Positions 29,799 through 32,674 of a stretch of DNA of 32,674 bases are shown piece by piece. The position numbers were made by a program, and so were the translations under genes. The stretch is taken from positions 1-32,674 of the forward strand of contig BLSG01000256.1 of NCBI GenBank assembly GCA_012862495.1, in the 5' to 3' direction. Origin of the DNA: Thraustochytrium aureum (lineage: Eukaryota). The notes under the pieces are model-generated. The model was not told the DNA's origin. It worked only from the letters and a program-made list of their open reading frames with translations, and did not search any database. The stretch's first letter is position 1; the number at the start of each line of letters is the position of its first letter.

Positions 29799-31195
29799 TT
29801 CGGGCCGGGCATTCTGCGCCCTCTCGGCGGCCTGCTCGCGGTGGCTTTGCCGCGCGCTGCGGCAGCGGGCCCCGTGACGCTGCAGCGACGGGGAGCGTCG
29901 GGCCCTGGGCCTGGCAAGGAGCCTGGCGAGCAGACTCGCATCATGGAGGGCATGGTCGTCGTGGAGCTCGCCAACGTCCTCGCAGGGCCAAGCGTCGGCC
30001 AGTTTCTGGCCGAGCTCGGCGCCCGCGTGATCAAGGTAGAGAGCCCCGTGACCAAGGGGGATGTGACGCGGACTTGGCGCCTCAGCAGCGAGCCCGGCGA
30101 CGATGATGTCTCGGCGTACTTTAGCGCCTGCAACCTCGGCAAGGAGAGCGTCGCGGTCGACCTGCGACACCCGGACGGCAAGCGCGTCGTCCACGACTTG
30201 GTGCGTCGGGCGGACTGTCTGATCGCGAGCTTCAAGCCAGGCGACGCCGAGAAGCTCGGCGTGGACTGGGCCACCCTGAGCGGCATCAACGAGCGCCTTG
30301 TGTACGCGCAGATCACGGGGTACGGGCTCGACAACAAGCGCGTTGGCTACGATGCGGTGGTCCAGGCCGAGAGCGGCTTTCAGTACATGAACGGCGCCCC
30401 AGAGGGCGACCCGTGCAAGATGCCCGTCGCCCTGGTGGATGTGATCACAGCCCACCAGCTCAAGGAGGCCGTCCTGGTGGAGCTGTGGCGTCGTGAGCGA
30501 ACGGGCCGCGGCGCAGCCGTCAACGTCTCGCTCATGGCAGGCGCCGTCTCTGCACTCGCAAACCAGGCCATGGGCTACCTGAAGGAGGGCGCGGTTCCGC
30601 GCCGGCTTGGCAGCGACCACCCCACGATCGCCCCATACGGCACCATTTTTGGCACCAAAGACCCTGAGGAGCTGATTACGCTGGGTGTCGGCTCCGACTC
30701 GCAGTTTCGTGCCCTTTGCAGGATTGTTGGGCTTGCCGAGCTCGCCGAGCCGCAGAGCAAGTTTGCTCACAACCCGGGTCGCTGTGAGCACCGAGCCGAA
30801 CTCAAAGCTACTCTCGCACGGGCGTTTGCGGCTTGGGATCGGGCCGAACTCCTTGAAGCGCTCGAGGCCGCGCACGTGCCGTCTGGCGCGATCAACGACA
30901 TGGCATCCGCCTTTCAGCAGCCGGCAGCGCAAGATCTGATCGTCTTCGAAAGTGGGGCGCGGCAGAGCGGGCAGAAGCCGCACCTGGCAAGCGAGCCGTT
31001 CAAAGGCCGGCAGCCAGTAGGGATCCGGCAGATCGCGTTCAAGGGGACGCCGGAGGGCCTTGACGCGCAGGGGCAGCTGGCTCTCTCGCGGCCGCCAGCG
31101 TTTGCACAGCACACGGAGACGGTGCTGCGCGAGCTGCTCGGCTACGACGCAAACCGCGTCAAAGCCTTACTGGCGCCGGGGCCATTGCCTCTTGA
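29799..31195 (+). CDS. Family III (CaiB/BaiF) CoA-transferase with putative mitochondrial leader; start lost in gap; true stop probably TGA 31193-31195 after a frameshift at ~31172 (ORF track stop 31259)
   Basis: VVELANVLAGPSVGQFLAELGARVIKVE..GDVTR.W, N.GKESVAVDL, FKPGDAEKLG, LVYAQITGYG, GYDAVVQAESG, PVALVD (catalytic Asp region), GSDHPTIAPYG, PPAFAQHTETVLRELLGY. The frame is open from the gap edge (FGPGILRPLGGLLAVALPR..LQRRGAS). Adding one G gives a family-like end AGAIAS-stop. Confidence 0.92.
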
Positions 31196-31304
31196 TCAAC
31201 TGCGCCGGGAAGGAGCTGGACTGCGCAAACCTCTCCCCTTGAGAGAGCTAGCTAGCTAGTTTGAAGAATCTGCACAGGTCGAACCTGCGTTGAAAGTGCA
31301 CAAT

Positions 31305-32674
31305 CTAGGTGGAAGAGTACGCTGCGCGGATTTGCGCGAGGAGCGGGAGGACGACCCTGACTTGGCCCGCTGCAATAGCCCGCTCTGACCACAAGTACGT
31401 GGGAGGCATGCGCTTGTTTCCCTGCAGCACCTCGAGCGCAACCCGAATGTTGTGCAAGCATGCCGCGGTCGTGCGAGGCCGGGCTTGGACGCCGCGCAGC
31501 CCGCCTCGAATGTGCTCCACTTTTTCTACTAGTGCGCACAAGAGNNNNNNNNNNNNNNNNNNNNNNNNNNNNNNNNNNNNNNNNNNNNNNNNNNNNNNNN
31601 NNNNNNNNNNNNNNNNNNNNNNNNNNNNNNNNNNNNNNNNNNNNNNNNNNNNNNNNNNNNNNNNNNNNNNNNNNNNNNNNNNNNNNNNNNNNNNNNNNNN
31701 NNNNNNNNNNNNNNNNNNNNNNNNNNNNNNNNNNNNNNNNNNNNNNNNNNNNNNNNNNNNNNNNNNNNNNNNNNNNNNNNNNNNNNNNNNNNNNNNNNNN
31801 NNNNNNNNNNNNNNNNNNNNNNNNNNNNNNNNNNNNCGCGATGCGTGGGTGTGCTTGCTCTTGAGCGCGGCACGATGTCAAACGCGGCCGCACTTGGCTG
31901 AGCTAGCTCGGCATCCAACTCGGGGTGCAGGAGGTTGCGGGACTCGCTCCCAAAGCGCGGCGTCAACATGCCGTGCCACCAGCGCTCTCGGCGTGTCAGG
32001 CCCGGCCTCGCCTCGCTTCTCGCCCGCGAGTAGAGCGCCAGGTCATCTGCAGAGAAGGCGACCGGCCAGATGTCTGCGGTGTTGTTGCGACGCACGGAAA
32101 GGGGGGTCCCGTTTGAAAGGTCGCGTCGCTCTGGCTCGTCCGCGCCGCCGCCCACCTTGCCGACTACTGACGCAGCCGCCGCCTTGCCGCGCGTGGTGCT
32201 CGACAGCCATGCTCCCCCGCGTTGTGGTCCCAAATACGGGGCCTCCACACCGGCGCTGGGGCGGGACGGCCGCGGCGCGACCCCGTCAGCCGCTCGACGG
32301 ATGTCCTCGAGGAGGCCTAGATGCGCCGTGCGGCTACCTGCTTGCAATTCCTGCGCGCGGAACAGGAATCGGCGGCTCATGGATGCGAGGCAACGAAGGC
32401 TGACGAGGCCCTTTTCGATGTTTTTCAAGGCGACTGCGCTCGTCCGCGCAGGGCGAAAGAGGCCGCGAACTGGACCGCTGTCAGGGAAAGCCGCGTGTAT
32501 GGTATCGGCAAGGACCAGGCCAGTGCAGCATGCGCGGCGCAGGGCTTCATCGCTCCCGAGCAAGCTCTCCACGCTGCCCCTTTTCGAGTGCTTGGCGAGA
32601 ATGCCAAGGCTCGCAAGCCACCCCAAGAGGGAGCGTTCGAGCTTGTCGAGCTGGGCCGACGAGTACGGAAGCGC
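31305..32674 (-). CDS. Protein with at least two calponin-homology (CH)-like repeats; 5' end off window; spans a gap
   Basis: Repeat A: LLGWLASLG..CCTGLVLADTI..VRGLFRPARTSAVALKNIEKGLVSLR..MSRRFLF..ELQAG....LGLLEDIRRA. Repeat B: CALVEKVE..LRGVQARPRTTAACLHNIRVALEVLQ..MPPTYLWSERAIAAG..VVLPLLAQIRAAY, then TAG at 31305-31307. Confidence 0.72.

Noticed and set aside
217..31175. Frameshifted genes as pseudogenes, or junctions as tiny introns
   Set aside because: Catalytic motifs are intact with no nonsense codons, single-base fixes restore continuous family sequence, and no GT-AG segment needs removal.

Overview
This window is eukaryotic nuclear DNA, not prokaryotic. It is GC-rich, gene-dense and apparently nearly intron-free, and comes from a draft scaffold with seven N-gaps (2213-2544, 5016-5226, 7670-7773, 9110-9655, 21327-21648, 29527-29798, 31545-31836). 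Gene content and style (PTxxPT linkers, RRL motif, very few introns) suggest a heterotrophic stramenopile, possibly a labyrinthulomycete/thraustochytrid; this is inference only. About 15 genes, in order: secreted GH33 sialidase, COMMD9, CNNM, METTL5, THG1, PFKFB, a secreted tandem GDPH/VWD-like protein, two orphan ORFs, a secreted double-vWA protein, a bacterial-style fused E1 alpha-beta ThDP dehydrogenase, an SH3-DH-PH RhoGEF, a PH-LIM-(inverted PH halves)-CAAX protein, a CaiB/BaiF CoA-transferase and a tandem CH-like protein. At least 8 genes are broken by single-base indels, nearly all in homopolymer runs. These are most likely sequencing errors, so the ORF track fragments real genes and I rebuilt them by hand. 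I found no RNA genes, CRISPR arrays or transposases. The best candidates for novelty are the apparently circularly permuted PH domain in a prenylated LIM protein, the tandem GDPH secreted protein, vWA domains with a vicinal Cys-Cys at the MIDAS Thr, a YKIP sialidase variant, two bacterial-type enzymes with putative mitochondrial leaders, and TAG-palindrome elements at gene 3' ends.
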